Assembly (NCBI GenBank): GCA_965222225.1
Contig: CBDCTK010000002.1
Span: forward strand, 5,344,001-5,408,000
Origin: Candidatus Poribacteria bacterium
Lineage (GTDB): Bacteria > Poribacteria > WGA-4E > JAJDTR01
DNA length: 64,000 nucleotides
Direction: 5' to 3'
Shown here in pieces: positions 1 through 11,570 of this stretch. The notes beneath the pieces were generated by a model, which had not been told where the DNA came from, did not search any database, and saw nothing but the letters and a program-made list of their open reading frames with translations. Each line of letters begins with the position of its first letter. Position 1 is the stretch's first letter. A program made the position numbers and the translations under genes.

Positions 1-1
1 C

Positions 2-764
2 TTTCTGACCCTCTCGCTAATCTGGACATTCGGTTGTGAGATAAACGACTCGGTTGAACCTGACACGGAGCCGGCTGCAATTCCACGTGGTGTGGTGAGC
101 ATCACTGGGAATGGGCGAATAACCGTTGAGTGGTTCCCTAATGGCGAGCGGGATCTCGCCGGCTATAAAGTTTGGCGAAGTCATGACGACAGGGAATATG
201 ACTTATTGGCAGACCTTTCAGCCGACGCGTTTCGATATGTGGACGATGATGTGAGAAACGGCAGCACCTATTTCTATGCGGTTTCGGCGTACGATTACGA
301 TGGCAACGAGAGCGAATTGAGTCCGGAACAGGTGTACGATGCGCCGCGGCCATCCGGAAATAGTATTACACTGGATGATTTTGCCCTTGTCCCAGCCCGG
401 AGCGGGTTTGATTTCTCGCGACCTGAGCGAGGGTCGATTCCATGGGATTCGCGTGCGGCGGATGTCTATTTTGGATGGGACACACTGGTCAATGTTGCCT
501 ACCTGTATTCGGACAACTTAACCAAAATGCAGGACATGGGTTACCACAAGAAATTTAGCGAGGTTGATGTTTCACCACAAGCGGGCTTTACGGGGGAGTT
601 TGTTGAACTCATTTAAGGGCACATCTATAGTGTTTTACACGCCTGACGGAAATTACGCAAAAATCCGCACGACTGCGGTTTCCGATAGCTACGTGACATT
701 TGATTGGGCGTACCAGACCGATCGGAACAATCCTGAGTTAGCGCCGCCTGCTCCGAGAAACTAA
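2..764 (+). pseudogene. Fibronectin-III-like domain lipoprotein, 5' end off-window, disrupted near 614-630
   Basis: Frame is open from position 2 (FLTLSLIWTFGC lipobox-like; DLAGYKVWRS...YFYAVSAYDYDGNES Fn3-like). TAA at 614-616 is followed by GHIY, then a +1 shift into VFYTPDGNYAKIR...(764). Confidence 0.6.
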
Positions 765-965
765 ATTCATTACGCAATCTGAAATCTCATCTAGCATTAC
801 CTCTCGGTTGTGTTGTTTGTGCCAATTTTCAACCCCTCGCGGCCGATCCGCTTTGCGACATTAAAGTCAATGAGCGGTCAATATGTAGGGATAGGACGAA
901 GATTTTCAGCGCGGATGCAACAAAAAGATAGCAAGAGGAAATCACCCGTTTCCCAGGAGATTGCG

Positions 966-1751
966 ATGTTGCATCCTACCGAAATCGTGCGATTGAGCCG
1001 CCAACGGATCGGGGCATCAGTTCTGGCTTGGCTTGCGTTGTGGTGTATACCGTGTGGTGCATCAACACACCTGTCACTACTTGATGCAAAAGACTTGGAG
1101 CCGTTTCCGATTAGAATCGGAGAAATTCTGACTTATACGGTCAAAATTGCGGGCATATCTGCCGGAAAACAAGTTACTAAGGTGGTTGAACAGACCACAT
1201 TGGATGGACATGAAGTTTATCGTTTGACATCGGAATCACGGACGGACTCGCTGTTTGCAAAGTTTTACCATTTCCAAGATTTAAAAGAAAGTTACATTAC
1301 GACAGATCAATTTTATCCTGTTCGATTCACGAAGAACCTTGAAGACCGTAGCTACCAGGCACGCGTCAAAGTCAACTTTTTCTGTGAGGACGGTGCTACC
1401 GAGTATTCTAAGAATGAGGCCTGTAAGAAGATTAAGGCTCCGATTGGTACACAAGATGAGTTATCAATGGTTTATTTTGTCCGATCCAAAGATTTCAAAG
1501 TTGGGCAGACATATTCTTTTCCGGTATTGATAAAAGACGCCGTTCAAGATGTTGTTCTCACTGCCTATCGCCGCGAGGTGATAAAGACGGAAGCCCTTGG
1601 ACGGGTGGAAACCATTGCATTGCGCACATCGCACGGTTATTTGATATGGTTGACCAACGACGAGCATCGTTTTCCTGTGCGTATTGAGGCGGAAACCCGC
1701 GCGGGTAGTAAATTAGTTGGAACACTTAAGAGCGTTGATTTTGCCGAGTAG
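966..1751 (+). CDS. DUF3108 domain secreted protein
   Basis: GEILTYTVK...D.LS..YFVR...W.T.DE.R.PVRIE pattern; AGGAG RBS upstream of ATG 966. Confidence 0.7.
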   Translation: MLHPTEIVRLSRQRIGASVLAWLALWCIPCGASTHLSLLDAKDLEPFPIRIGEILTYTVKIAGISAGKQVTKVVEQTTLDGHEVYRLTSESRTDSLFAKFYHFQDLKESYITTDQFYPVRFTKNLEDRSYQARVKVNFFCEDGATEYSKNEACKKIKAPIGTQDELSMVYFVRSKDFKVGQTYSFPVLIKDAVQDVVLTAYRREVIKTEALGRVETIALRTSHGYLIWLTNDEHRFPVRIEAETRAGSKLVGTLKSVDFAE

Positions 1752-1760
1752 GTTGAGGGC

Positions 1761-4700
1761 GTGTTAGATTTGCTGCAACAAACAGATACTTATCAGAAGC
1801 TCATTGAGATTCTTACAAGTCATCTCCCGAGTTCCGAGACCAGATCAGTTACGAGCGGAAAAGAAAATTCGGTCCTACCTTGGTTAACAGGAGTGCATGG
1901 ACCATCCCTCTCCTACCTGCTGGCAGCGTTGGCGAAAGACGCTCCCGAAACGTCCTTTCTAGTTGTCCTGCCCTCCCTTCAAGAGGCCGAAAAAGTCGTT
2001 CAAGATTTACCGGCATACGGCTTTGAAGATGCCCAGTTTTTCCCCGACCTTCAGAATTTTCTATACGATGGCGTTGCCCCGTCAAAAAGAGTTACCGCGG
2101 AGCGAATGAATTGCCTCCATAGCCTTATGGGCGGAAAACGTACGATCGCCATTACTTCCGTAAAGGCATTGATGCATAGAGTTCTCCCCAAGGCTATTCT
2201 GGAGTCGGCGTTTCTTCGGGTAAGTGTGGGAGATGAAATTAGTCCTGACAAGATTGTTGAGGTATTGGTGCATAGCGGCTATCAGCGGACTGATCTGGTT
2301 GAGGTCAAAGGGGAATTCGCCCGTAGAGGGGATATTTTGGACGTGTATCCGCTTGTTTCTGACGAACCAATCCGTATCGAATTTTTTGGGGACGAAGTCG
2401 ATATAATTCGCGTGTTCGATCCGACTTCGCAACGATCGGTTAAGGTACTGAAATCGGTTATGTTCAGTCCGATGCGTGAAATGCTGATTACCGACGAGGC
2501 GATTGAAGCATGGCGGACACAAGCGAATCAGCTTATAGAAGATGATACATCGACAAAGTTTCGGAGCGAAATTCAGGGAATTACGGAACGCTTGGAAAGC
2601 GGAATAAACCTGGATGGACTTGAAGCGTTACTTCCAATCCTATATCCGAACGCGAGCGTTCTTTCCGAATACCTGTCGGGCAGAATTGTCACACTTCTGG
2701 TTGAGCCGACGTGGCTTGAGCGCGAAGCCGATCGAATTGTTGAAGGAGCGAACGGATTGTATGAAAAGAGAAAAGCCTTAAATCAATTCATGGTGTCACC
2801 CGATCAGATGTTTGTTCCGTTTGAGACGCTAATGTCCGTACTCAAAACTCGACCGACTCTGCAAGTGTCTTCCTCGCCACTCCCCGAGGCCGGATCCGAA
2901 GAACCTTTAGATTTCGGTATGCAACCTCTCAGCCTTTATCGAGGCAACTATCAAGTGGTCATAGACCAAATAAAGGAATGGACTGACGCGGGCTACTTCG
3001 TCAACATCTTCTCCGAAACTCCGAAACAAGCAACGCGAATGCAAAGCATCCTAGGCGATCACGGTCTTCCCGATACCCAGACGACTGTGAGTGTTGGTGG
3101 CATCAGTGAAGGTTTTCTGAATAAGTTCCTCAAGCTCGCTATTTTGTCCGAAGATGAGATATTTGGGCGGGAGCGTCGATTGCCTCAGCGTCATTCTACG
3201 TTCAAAGAAGGGGCGCCAATCCTTAGCCTCATCGATCTCAAAGAAGGCGACTATATAGTGCACGTTTCGCACGGAATCGGGATTTACGAGGAGATGCGGC
3301 GCCTTGATATTGATGGAAAATCTCAGGATTTTCTGGTGTTGAAATATGCGGATGGCGACATACTGTACGTTCCAACCTATCAAATCGACTTGGTGCAAAA
3401 ATATATTGGCGGCGGGGGTGAAGAAAGACGTGGACCTCGGCTCGACAAGATCGGCGGAACTTCGTGGCAACGCAGGAAGGCACGCGTCAAAGCCTCGATT
3501 GAGCAAATGGCGGATGAACTTCTTCGCCTATACGCAATACGCGAATCCGGTGAAGGGCATTCATTTTCTGCTGATGTACCGTGGCAAGTCGAGTTTGAAG
3601 CCACGTTTCCCTTTGAGGAAACTCCCGATCAGTTGAAAGCCATTGAGGACGTTAAGGGTGATATGGAACGTGCCCGTCCTATGGATCGATTGGTCTGCGG
3701 TGATGTGGGGTACGGAAAAACGGAGGTCGCCCTTCGCTCGGCGTTCAAAGCCGTGATGGACGGGAAGCAGGTCGCTGTTCTTGTTCCAACGACTATTCTT
3801 GCGCTACAGCATTATAACACGTTTGTGGAGAGATTTAGTCCATTCCCTATTCAGGTCGAAATGCTGACGCGTTTTCGCACGGCAAAGGAGTTGGCAGCTG
3901 TCAAGCAGGGATTGGCTGAGAGCACGGTTGATATTGTGATTGGGACACATAGTTTGCTCTCCGATAACGTAGAGATTCACGACCTTGGATTGCTCGTGGT
4001 TGACGAAGAGCATCGCTTTGGGGTCAAGCATAAGGAAAAGATTAAGCAACTCAAAAAGACGGTGGATGTCCTGACCCTGACAGCGACGCCAATACCACGC
4101 ACATTGCACATGTCACTCGTCGGGATTCGTGATTTCAGCGTCATCAATACACCGCCCGAAAACCGCATGCCCATTAAGACCTACGTGATGGAGTATGACT
4201 CCGCCGTGATTCAGGACGCAATTCTGCGCGAGATGGAACGTGGCGGGCAAATCTTTTTTGTTCACAATCGTGTAGAAAGCATTGCAAGCATTGCGAAGTC
4301 CATCCGAGAGCTCGTTCCGCAAGCGCGAGTCGCCATCGGACATGGGCAGATGTCTGAGCGACAACTCGAAACGGTCATGATCGATTTTGTTCAGTACAAG
4401 TACGATGTTTTGGTCTGCACCATGATTATCGAATCGGGACTGGACATTCCCAATGTCAACACGATTCTGATCAATCGCGCCGATGCTTTGGGGCTTGCTC
4501 AGCTCTATCAGTTGCGTGGGCGAGTTGGACGCGCACAACAGCAGGCTTACGGTTTCCTTTTCTATCCGCAAGGGCGAGTTATCACCGAAGGGGCGCAGAA
4601 ACGGCTGCGGGTAATTGAGGAGTTCACGGAGCTTGGTTCTGGATTCAAAATTGCCCTCCGAGACCTTGACATTCGCGGTACCGGAAATATTCTCGGAGCG

Positions 4701-5240
4701 GAACAGCACGGTTACATCGCCACGATCGGCTATGAAATGTATTGTAAGCTGCTTAATGAAACGGTGAAGACCGTATCCGGCGAGGAGGTCAAAGAGTCGG
4801 TTGAAACGCGAATTAACCTACCGGTTGAGGCGTATCTGCCGGATGAATATGTTCCGGATAGTCGTCAGAAAGTTTCTCTCTATAAGAAAATTGCTGGCAT
4901 AGAGACGGCGACGCGCCGAGCAGACCTCGAAGCCGAGATAAATGACCGTTACGGAAAAATTCCGGAACCTGTCGAGATATTGCTCGAAATTGCTCAATTG
5001 AAGCATCTGAGTAAAGAATTGGGTATTCAGACCATCGCCGCCGGTGATGAACAGATTAAGATTACATTTGACGATGCGAAGTCGCAGGTGGATCCGACAC
5101 GGTTAATCCAACTTATTCGGCAAGATCGACGCCTCCGGCTCGCGCCCCCTGCGCGGTTGATGGTAAATATGCAGGGGCTGGCTGGAAAGACGCTAGTGTT
5201 GGCAGTCAAAGCGATTCTAAAGCGCCTGATTGAAAATTAA
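1761..5240 (+). CDS. mfd: Transcription-repair coupling factor
   Basis: UvrB-like N-terminus ([14 protein letters not shown]), CarD/RID (VHVSHGIG), [29 protein letters not shown]-terminus; 1159 aa. Confidence 0.98.
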   Translation: MLDLLQQTDTYQKLIEILTSHLPSSETRSVTSGKENSVLPWLTGVHGPSLSYLLAALAKDAPETSFLVVLPSLQEAEKVVQDLPAYGFEDAQFFPDLQNFLYDGVAPSKRVTAERMNCLHSLMGGKRTIAITSVKALMHRVLPKAILESAFLRVSVGDEISPDKIVEVLVHSGYQRTDLVEVKGEFARRGDILDVYPLVSDEPIRIEFFGDEVDIIRVFDPTSQRSVKVLKSVMFSPMREMLITDEAIEAWRTQANQLIEDDTSTKFRSEIQGITERLESGINLDGLEALLPILYPNASVLSEYLSGRIVTLLVEPTWLEREADRIVEGANGLYEKRKALNQFMVSPDQMFVPFETLMSVLKTRPTLQVSSSPLPEAGSEEPLDFGMQPLSLYRGNYQVVIDQIKEWTDAGYFVNIFSETPKQATRMQSILGDHGLPDTQTTVSVGGISEGFLNKFLKLAILSEDEIFGRERRLPQRHSTFKEGAPILSLIDLKEGDYIVHVSHGIGIYEEMRRLDIDGKSQDFLVLKYADGDILYVPTYQIDLVQKYIGGGGEERRGPRLDKIGGTSWQRRKARVKASIEQMADELLRLYAIRESGEGHSFSADVPWQVEFEATFPFEETPDQLKAIEDVKGDMERARPMDRLVCGDVGYGKTEVALRSAFKAVMDGKQVAVLVPTTILALQHYNTFVERFSPFPIQVEMLTRFRTAKELAAVKQGLAESTVDIVIGTHSLLSDNVEIHDLGLLVVDEEHRFGVKHKEKIKQLKKTVDVLTLTATPIPRTLHMSLVGIRDFSVINTPPENRMPIKTYVMEYDSAVIQDAILREMERGGQIFFVHNRVESIASIAKSIRELVPQARVAIGHGQMSERQLETVMIDFVQYKYDVLVCTMIIESGLDIPNVNTILINRADALGLAQLYQLRGRVGRAQQQAYGFLFYPQGRVITEGAQKRLRVIEEFTELGSGFKIALRDLDIRGTGNILGAEQHGYIATIGYEMYCKLLNETVKTVSGEEVKESVETRINLPVEAYLPDEYVPDSRQKVSLYKKIAGIETATRRADLEAEINDRYGKIPEPVEILLEIAQLKHLSKELGIQTIAAGDEQIKITFDDAKSQVDPTRLIQLIRQDRRLRLAPPARLMVNMQGLAGKTLVLAVKAILKRLIEN

Positions 5241-5679
5241 ACTGTAGCGGCGTGTCTAAATCGGGTAAACGAACGACCCAAACAGAATTTCCAGTCAACG
5301 CTCTTATCGCCTACGTTGGCATATAGTGCGAGAAGAAATAACCAATCGGTTTGATTTAAGACGAGCGGGAACCCGGTTGGAAACCTTCTGTTCATGAAAA
5401 ACGTACTAATCCATGGTGAAAGTCTCTCAACATATACTTTTCTGTTGCTAGATTTGCCTAAATCTTGCACAAAGTTGCCGGACGACAACGAGGTATTTCA
5501 ATTAAAGCATGCTAAACTTATGCAAGTCTTTGTGAATATTTGTAGGTTGGGCGTGCGCAAATGGATTATTCGCTTCGAGAGCCCAAAATGCGTAAGTCCT
5601 ATGCCATATATTCTTAGCGAATAAACCAGTAAACTATCACACACTAAATCTATCCATAAAGGAAAAGGAGATACATATT

Positions 5680-6708
5680 ATGAAGAAGACTCTCTTGATG
5701 TCGGTTATGATTCTTGCGGTCTGCTTCTGTAGTTGGCAAATTGCGTTCTCGCACGGAGGAGACTCGGATCATGAGGTGGCAGATGAAGTAGATGAGAGCA
5801 AGGTAAGCATTGCCGAATATAGCTGGAATGGTGAACAATTCTCCGTCTCGTTGGCGGACCTCAATGCAAAGATTGAGGATTTGTCCTCATATCGCCAACG
5901 TAAACTGCGGGCGAGGGAAAGCAAGGAAGAATTTCTCACGGAACTCATTGAAGACAAGCTGAAAATCCTTGCCGCAGCGGAAAAACGGTATGACGAAGAT
6001 CTGGAGCACCTTGAACAATGCGAGGACTATAAGCACCAGCTTATGGTTGAAAGAATCTCTGAAGCGGAAGTCGATGAAAAAATCAACGTTACAGAGGAAG
6101 AGCTTATGCAATATTACGAGGAACACAAAAGTGAATCCACGTATATTGAAGAAGCGCGGTGCAAGGCGACCTGCATCTCCGTGATAGATAAGGAGCTTGC
6201 GCAAACGACGTTTGATGAAATCAAAGCGGGTAAGGATATTCTTGAAGCGGCAAAGGAACTGGCTGAGAAGAATAAACTCAAGGGGCCCGGAGCTGGAACG
6301 CGGTCCCCGGGGAACACAGGCAACTTTACAAAAGACGTTGCCCCGAGCTGGCAGCCCTTCATCGATGCGGTTTTCGAGCAAGAAATCGGCGAGATGACGG
6401 ATACAATCCTTGAAATCGAAGTCGAGGGGACAACCTACTATCTAATCTTCCGAAAAGAAGAATACAAACCTGAGCGACAGAAGGAGTTCGACGAAGTTCG
6501 AGAAAGAATTCAGCGGAGGGTTGAGCGTGAGAAAAAGCAGGAACGAATCAAGATCTGGATTGAGGAAATATCGGCGGCAAGCAAACTCAAAACATTCCCG
6601 GATCTTATTCCCGAACCTCCCGCTGATGAAACGGATCAACAAGAGGATGGAGGTAGCAACGCAGAGACCTCGGAAAACGCAGAATCTACGGAATCAGACC
6701 AACAGTGA
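5680..6708 (+). CDS. Secreted PrsA/SurA-like parvulin foldase
   Basis: Signal peptide, SurA_N-like helices (VTEEELMQYYEEHK), degenerate rotamase domain, acidic tail; GGAG RBS. Confidence 0.75.
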   Translation: MKKTLLMSVMILAVCFCSWQIAFSHGGDSDHEVADEVDESKVSIAEYSWNGEQFSVSLADLNAKIEDLSSYRQRKLRARESKEEFLTELIEDKLKILAAAEKRYDEDLEHLEQCEDYKHQLMVERISEAEVDEKINVTEEELMQYYEEHKSESTYIEEARCKATCISVIDKELAQTTFDEIKAGKDILEAAKELAEKNKLKGPGAGTRSPGNTGNFTKDVAPSWQPFIDAVFEQEIGEMTDTILEIEVEGTTYYLIFRKEEYKPERQKEFDEVRERIQRRVEREKKQERIKIWIEEISAASKLKTFPDLIPEPPADETDQQEDGGSNAETSENAESTESDQQ

Positions 6709-6736
6709 TTTTTTCCCATATTTAGGAGGCGAAATT

Positions 6737-7783
6737 ATGAAAAGCCAGATGTCTGGGTTAGCAAGTTTAATGTTGATTGGAATTGTTGCTACCTGTGTTG
6801 TGTTCAACGGATGCGGTGGCAGCGCGACCGCCGCTGAAGGGACAGTTATCGCGGAATTCGAGTGGGACGGAAAACACCAAATCACCCTCGAAGAGATGAT
6901 GCAAGAGATTGCTGAATTACCAGAGTACAAGCAGAAAAAGTACAAAGACAAAAGCGGACTTGAAGAATATATGACCTTGATGGCGGAAAGCCGCTTAATC
7001 CTCAGCCTCGCCAAGGACCGAAATCTCGACGAAGATGAAGAAATCCTGAAGAAAGTCAGAGATCATCTTCACAAATTAATGGTCGATAAAATCACCGATA
7101 CTGAAGTCGAGGAAAAACTCGTGTTAACGGAGGAAGATTATCGGCTCTACTACGAATCCAATAAAGAGGATTACATTGATACGGAGAACGTTGAGTTGAC
7201 ATGTATTGCCCTCGATGACGAAGAGCGTGCCACGGAAATATTTGAGGAACTCAAAGGTGGTAGAGACATGATTGAACTCGCCACGGAGTTGTCCGATCAC
7301 GGTGACTTGGTGGGTCCCGGCTCTGACGCTCAGAATCCAGGCCAACCGGGCAAGATTCGCCGAGGCGCCTTTCCGGAAGGAACCGAGCCATTCGTGGATG
7401 CCGCTTTTGCGGCAGCGGTTGGTGAGTTTCATGATGGTGTAATCAAAATCACTGTTCGCGGCAAAAATTACTTCATCATCTTCCGCAAAGACAAACATAA
7501 TGAAGAACGGCAAAAGACATTCGACGAAGAAGGTGTCCGCAGCAATGTCGAACGAGCCGCTAAACGGCAAAAGCGCAAAGAACTCATGGCGCAATGGCTT
7601 ACCCAACTTCGAGATCGGGCAAAGATTCAAATCCACAGTGAACTCATTCCCGAGACGCCGGCGGAAGAAGAAGAGGCCGAGGAAGAACAGGTGAACGAGG
7701 AAGATTCGACAGAGTCGGAGGAAAATCAGCAGGAGCTGGACGAAAGCATGGCGCCTAACGAAGAAGCCACGACGCCAGAGTAA
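6737..7783 (+). CDS. Lipoprotein PrsA-like parvulin foldase (paralog of the preceding gene)
   Basis: AGGAGG RBS, lipobox FNGC, clear similarity to 5680..6708 (W.G...SL, TCI...D.E.A, GPG...PG, PF.DA.F, IFRK). Confidence 0.75.
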   Translation: MKSQMSGLASLMLIGIVATCVVFNGCGGSATAAEGTVIAEFEWDGKHQITLEEMMQEIAELPEYKQKKYKDKSGLEEYMTLMAESRLILSLAKDRNLDEDEEILKKVRDHLHKLMVDKITDTEVEEKLVLTEEDYRLYYESNKEDYIDTENVELTCIALDDEERATEIFEELKGGRDMIELATELSDHGDLVGPGSDAQNPGQPGKIRRGAFPEGTEPFVDAAFAAAVGEFHDGVIKITVRGKNYFIIFRKDKHNEERQKTFDEEGVRSNVERAAKRQKRKELMAQWLTQLRDRAKIQIHSELIPETPAEEEEAEEEQVNEEDSTESEENQQELDESMAPNEEATTPE

Positions 7784-7841
7784 GCGCTGTGCATTGCTCA
7801 CATTAACTCGGAACTACCACGGGTGAATCGACAAGCAGGTT

Positions 7842-7877
7842 TGCCGTTCAAGGGTTATAACAATCTCTTGAACGGCA
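7842..7877 (+). terminator. Hairpin downstream of the foldase pair
   Basis: TGCCGTTCAAG...CTTGAACGGCA 11-bp stem; weak U-tract. Confidence 0.4.
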
Positions 7878-8098
7878 GAATCTGGGAGTTTGTTTGAAAC
7901 TTTATTTTGGGTAGAGTCATTTGCCTTGAAATCAATCATGGGAATCGATAGTAATTGCGATAGAGCTCCTATAGAGATTCGGAATTAGTAGCTTGTAGCT
8001 TTTAGACTGACGACAAACATAAAACTTGGTACCCTGTCGTAAATCTTTTCGTCGCACGTAGATGTCCATAGTGACTATTCTTCTCGTAGGAGTTTGCT

Positions 8099-8953
8099 AT
8101 GGACATTTTGAATCTTATGAAAGAGTTTCCAAATCAAGAATCTTGTCTCAGATTTATAGAGGAAAAACGTTGGAAGGACGGTGTTTGCTGTATCCACTGT
8201 GGCAGTGAAAAAGTTGGACGCAAGAACAGAAACGACATTACTACTGGTTGGAATTGCTACGATTGTGAATCTAGCTTTTCGGCTACAGCAGGAACCATCT
8301 TCCATGGTACCAAGATACCTCTCCAGAAATGGTTTTTGGCTATCTCAATCCTTTCCAATGCCAAGAAAAACATATCGAGTTGTCAGCTTGCTCGTGACTT
8401 GGACATGAATCAAAAGTCCGCTTGGTATATGGCAATGCGCCTCCGTGAGAAAATGAGTGATAGTGATGAATTGCTGAAAGGGATAGTTGAAGCGGACGAA
8501 ACCTATGTCGGCGGCAAACCCAGAGCAAAATCTAAGAGAGGTAGAGGCACAAATAAATCTCCCGTCATCGGCGTAGTCGAGAGAGGCGGTCGGGTGGTTG
8601 CTAAATTCATGAAGGTTCTATCTGGTGAAAATATCAGAGAATTCATCCTTAGCAATGTCTCACCCGATGAGTCTATTCTTATGACTGATGAATTTCGCTC
8701 TTACAATAGTCTGGACGAAGATATCGAAAGACATGTTATCCATCACCAAGAGAGATATGTTTCTGAGGACGGCGTAACTCACACCAATACCATCGAGTCG
8801 GTTTGGGCTTGTGTCAAGAGGTCATTCTACGGAACGCATCATCACTACAGCAAGAAGTGGCTGCCACTGTATATCATGGAGTCTTGCTGGAAATATAATC
8901 GCAGAAAAGATGATGAGATTTTCATAAGATTTTTTGATGAATGCTTCACCTGA
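8099..8953 (+). CDS. IS1595-family (ISXO2-like) DDE transposase
   Basis: Zn ribbon CIHC..CYDC, HTH, VEADETYVGG, MTDE, HTNTIES.W motifs. Confidence 0.95.
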   Translation: MDILNLMKEFPNQESCLRFIEEKRWKDGVCCIHCGSEKVGRKNRNDITTGWNCYDCESSFSATAGTIFHGTKIPLQKWFLAISILSNAKKNISSCQLARDLDMNQKSAWYMAMRLREKMSDSDELLKGIVEADETYVGGKPRAKSKRGRGTNKSPVIGVVERGGRVVAKFMKVLSGENIREFILSNVSPDESILMTDEFRSYNSLDEDIERHVIHHQERYVSEDGVTHTNTIESVWACVKRSFYGTHHHYSKKWLPLYIMESCWKYNRRKDDEIFIRFFDECFT

Positions 8954-8971
8954 GCCACATGAATTGTTTGG

Positions 8972-9094
8972 CTATCGGTATATTCTGTCAACGACAGCAT
9001 CATGGTATGATGTAAATCCCATAGTGTTGGAAATTAAAATCCCGCAGATAACCCGCAATGCTCCCGCGAGCATGTACAAACGCTTGGTCAACAT
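8972..9094 (-). CDS. 40-aa passenger mini-ORF or remnant within IS copy 1
   Basis: GGAGG RBS then MLTKRLYMLAGALRVICGILISNTMGFTSYHDAVVDRIYR*; signal-peptide-like. Confidence 0.35.
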   Translation of the reverse strand: MLTKRLYMLAGALRVICGILISNTMGFTSYHDAVVDRIYR

Positions 9095-9675
9095 GATATG
9101 CCTCCATTTCTCTCTTATAGAGATGTATTTTAGTGTGAATCAAGATTCCGAACACTGTCTAAAGTTATTGTACATTAAGAAAAGAAAAGCAAGCAAATCA
9201 ACCAAAAAGCAGTTAACTACTAAGTCCCTAGAGATTTCCTCAAACGAGTGACTAGATCAATCGACTGAATAAAGAACACGGTAGAAATCGCGCTGTAATA
9301 GGGTTCCCATAAAAATTTTCACCAGCCTTTGAAAGGCCCTGCGTGAGATCAAGCGAGCGGATAGCGATTCCCTAGGTGTATAGCAATACTAAGTCACTTC
9401 ACATCAAATTCCAGGCGGGGCGGCAAGTGTATAACAACTGAGGTAAGTGTTTGTGCCGTTTTCTTGGATAGCTCCCGCTGCCGACCCTTGGTTCCAGAGA
9501 ATAAAACAGAGGAACGACATGCTGCACGGTGTCGGAAACCGCTGTCAACTATTTAAATGGTCAATCAACAAGGCCAGATAATCGAAATCTTCCCTGCTTT
9601 TGTTCAACGCTTGATTGGCGCTGTATGTTGTGCCGTTCGAATGTAAAGAGTCGAGCTAATACCTTATGAGAAATT

Positions 9676-10980
9676 ATGATGCTCTCTAGACAGATATTCC
9701 GCATAGTTTTCATCTCTATACTGATTGTGTGCGCGGTGGATTCGGCGCGATCACGCACATTCGATCAAATTATCGCCTATGTCAATGACGAAGTCATAAC
9801 GAATTGGGAACTTGAAAACTTGGTGAAGCAGCGTGCCCTCGAACTTATCCAAATCCACAATTTTAGTAAGCGTGAAGCAGCCGAAAAAGCGCGACAAGAA
9901 CGACATGAACTGCTGGATCGCTTGATTCGCCAGATGCTTCTTGTGGAAACAGCCCTGACCTTGAAGGTTGAAATTACTAACGAAGAATTGGAGATGCATA
10001 TCAAAACCTTCAAGCAACGAGCAAAGATCGAGACACAAGAAGAATTCGTCAAGCAATTGAAAGAGGAAGGTTATACCCTAACCGGTTTCCGTGAACAGTC
10101 CAAGCGAAACCTGATGGCAGAACGACTTCTGGAAAGGCGAATTTTTCCAAGATTGCAGGTCAGGGATAGCGATGTCTTAAAGTTTTTTGAAGAAAACCGC
10201 GATCGATTTACAACCAAATCGGATAACCTGCAGCTGAGGCACATCCTTATTGCGTTTAAGCCCTCCGAAGCCGATCGAGAGGAGGCATTAAATAAGGCGG
10301 AGGTCGCTTTTCAAGCAGCTAAAGACGGAGCCGATTTCGAGGCGCTTGCAAAACGCTATTCTAAAGGGCAGCACGGGGACCTAAAGCCGGGGCCTGCGAT
10401 CGAATTAACGATTGATGATGTCGATACACTCCCTAAGCCGTTTCGCGAATCGCTCCAAATGCTAAATGAAAACGACATTGGCGATCCGGTTGAAGACAAG
10501 AATGAAATCTTTATTTTCAAGATAGAACGCAAGACCGTCCAAACTGTTGAATTCCGCTATCTTGTCATCAGGTTAACCGTGGGGGAAGAAGCTATCCAAG
10601 CTGCTCAAGAGCGCGCCGATCTTGTTTATCAGAAACTTATACAAGGGGAAGATTTCAATGCCTTGGCAAGCCGCTACTCGGACGATACACAAACAAAAGC
10701 GAATGGCGGAGATCTCGGCAGTCATTCAATTAATAAGTTGGCTCCCGAAACGCGAAACGTAGTAGAAAAACTCGAAGTCGGAGAGTTTCAAGCCCCTGTC
10801 AAAATGAAGTTTGGCTTCCAAATCTTTAAAGTCGATGCTCGGACGCCGCCAGAATTGAACGATGTAGAAAAAGATCAAATCCGTTCGATGCTGCGTCAAC
10901 AGAAATTCGAGGAAGAATGGAAAGTGTACACGGACATGCTGCTTGGGAACGCCTATGTAAAAATCAAACCCCTTGACTAA
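9676..10980 (+). CDS. SurA-like periplasmic chaperone/PPIase
   Basis: DQIIAYVNDEVIT SurA_N start, LRHILI, DFEALAKRYS, SDD..TKANGGDLG rotamase motifs. Confidence 0.85.
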   Translation: MMLSRQIFRIVFISILIVCAVDSARSRTFDQIIAYVNDEVITNWELENLVKQRALELIQIHNFSKREAAEKARQERHELLDRLIRQMLLVETALTLKVEITNEELEMHIKTFKQRAKIETQEEFVKQLKEEGYTLTGFREQSKRNLMAERLLERRIFPRLQVRDSDVLKFFEENRDRFTTKSDNLQLRHILIAFKPSEADREEALNKAEVAFQAAKDGADFEALAKRYSKGQHGDLKPGPAIELTIDDVDTLPKPFRESLQMLNENDIGDPVEDKNEIFIFKIERKTVQTVEFRYLVIRLTVGEEAIQAAQERADLVYQKLIQGEDFNALASRYSDDTQTKANGGDLGSHSINKLAPETRNVVEKLEVGEFQAPVKMKFGFQIFKVDARTPPELNDVEKDQIRSMLRQQKFEEEWKVYTDMLLGNAYVKIKPLD

Positions 10981-11570
10981 GCGGTTTATTTTCTAAGTAT
11001 TTAAGGCTTACGGGACTAGCACAACAGACTAGTTCCGCAACCCCTGCAGGACAAGTTTCCAGTTCGCCCCCGGAGATCTGCCACTTAACTACGGAGGCAT
11101 ATAATACTGCTACAAGCGTTTCGCTCCAGCGGAGATCAAAGGAGTGAATAACGACTGCGATAGGGATCTTCCATTTTACCCTGTCTTAGTAGTCTATTCT
11201 CCAGCTAGTTAATACTTACGACTGCCACAAGAGACATGTTTCGCAACCCCTACGAGCCTTTACGCATAGCCAGTTCTAATCCGTGAAATCCTTTAATCCG
11301 ATCAACTGACTGGACAAGGAAGGCGATAGGGAATCCTGATTCAGACAATTAGTAAAATTCGCATGCCTCATACCTTATACTTTTAACGAATCGACCACTG
11401 AGGTCAGTTGGGGACTTGGCTGAAGTAGCAGATGGGAGAAGACCATTACTGTTGATTGTCACTAATCTTGGACTCCGACACTCGCGGCGGTTTGACCTAT
11501 CATATCAACGGCATGTTGAAGAAGGATGGGGAGTTTGTAGCGCTTGTAAATGGCATAAAGTAGGCAGGAA

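Larger units (their letters stand above)
7980..9228 (+). mobile_element. IS1595-family insertion sequence, copy 1 (1249 bp)
   Basis: Imperfect TIRs CGGAATTAGTAGCTTGTAGCTTT / AAAGCAGTTAACTACTAAGTCCC; 8-bp TSD TAGAGATT at 7972-7979 and 9229-9236. Confidence 0.95.

Noticed and set aside
6521-6736. N-terminal extension of the 6521..7783 ORF
   Set aside because: It overlaps the upstream gene; a strong RBS and signal peptide place the start at 6737.
8934-9251. Plus-strand 105-aa ORF after the transposase
   Set aside because: It is truncated to 77 aa in copy 2, runs beyond the IS end, and has no motifs.
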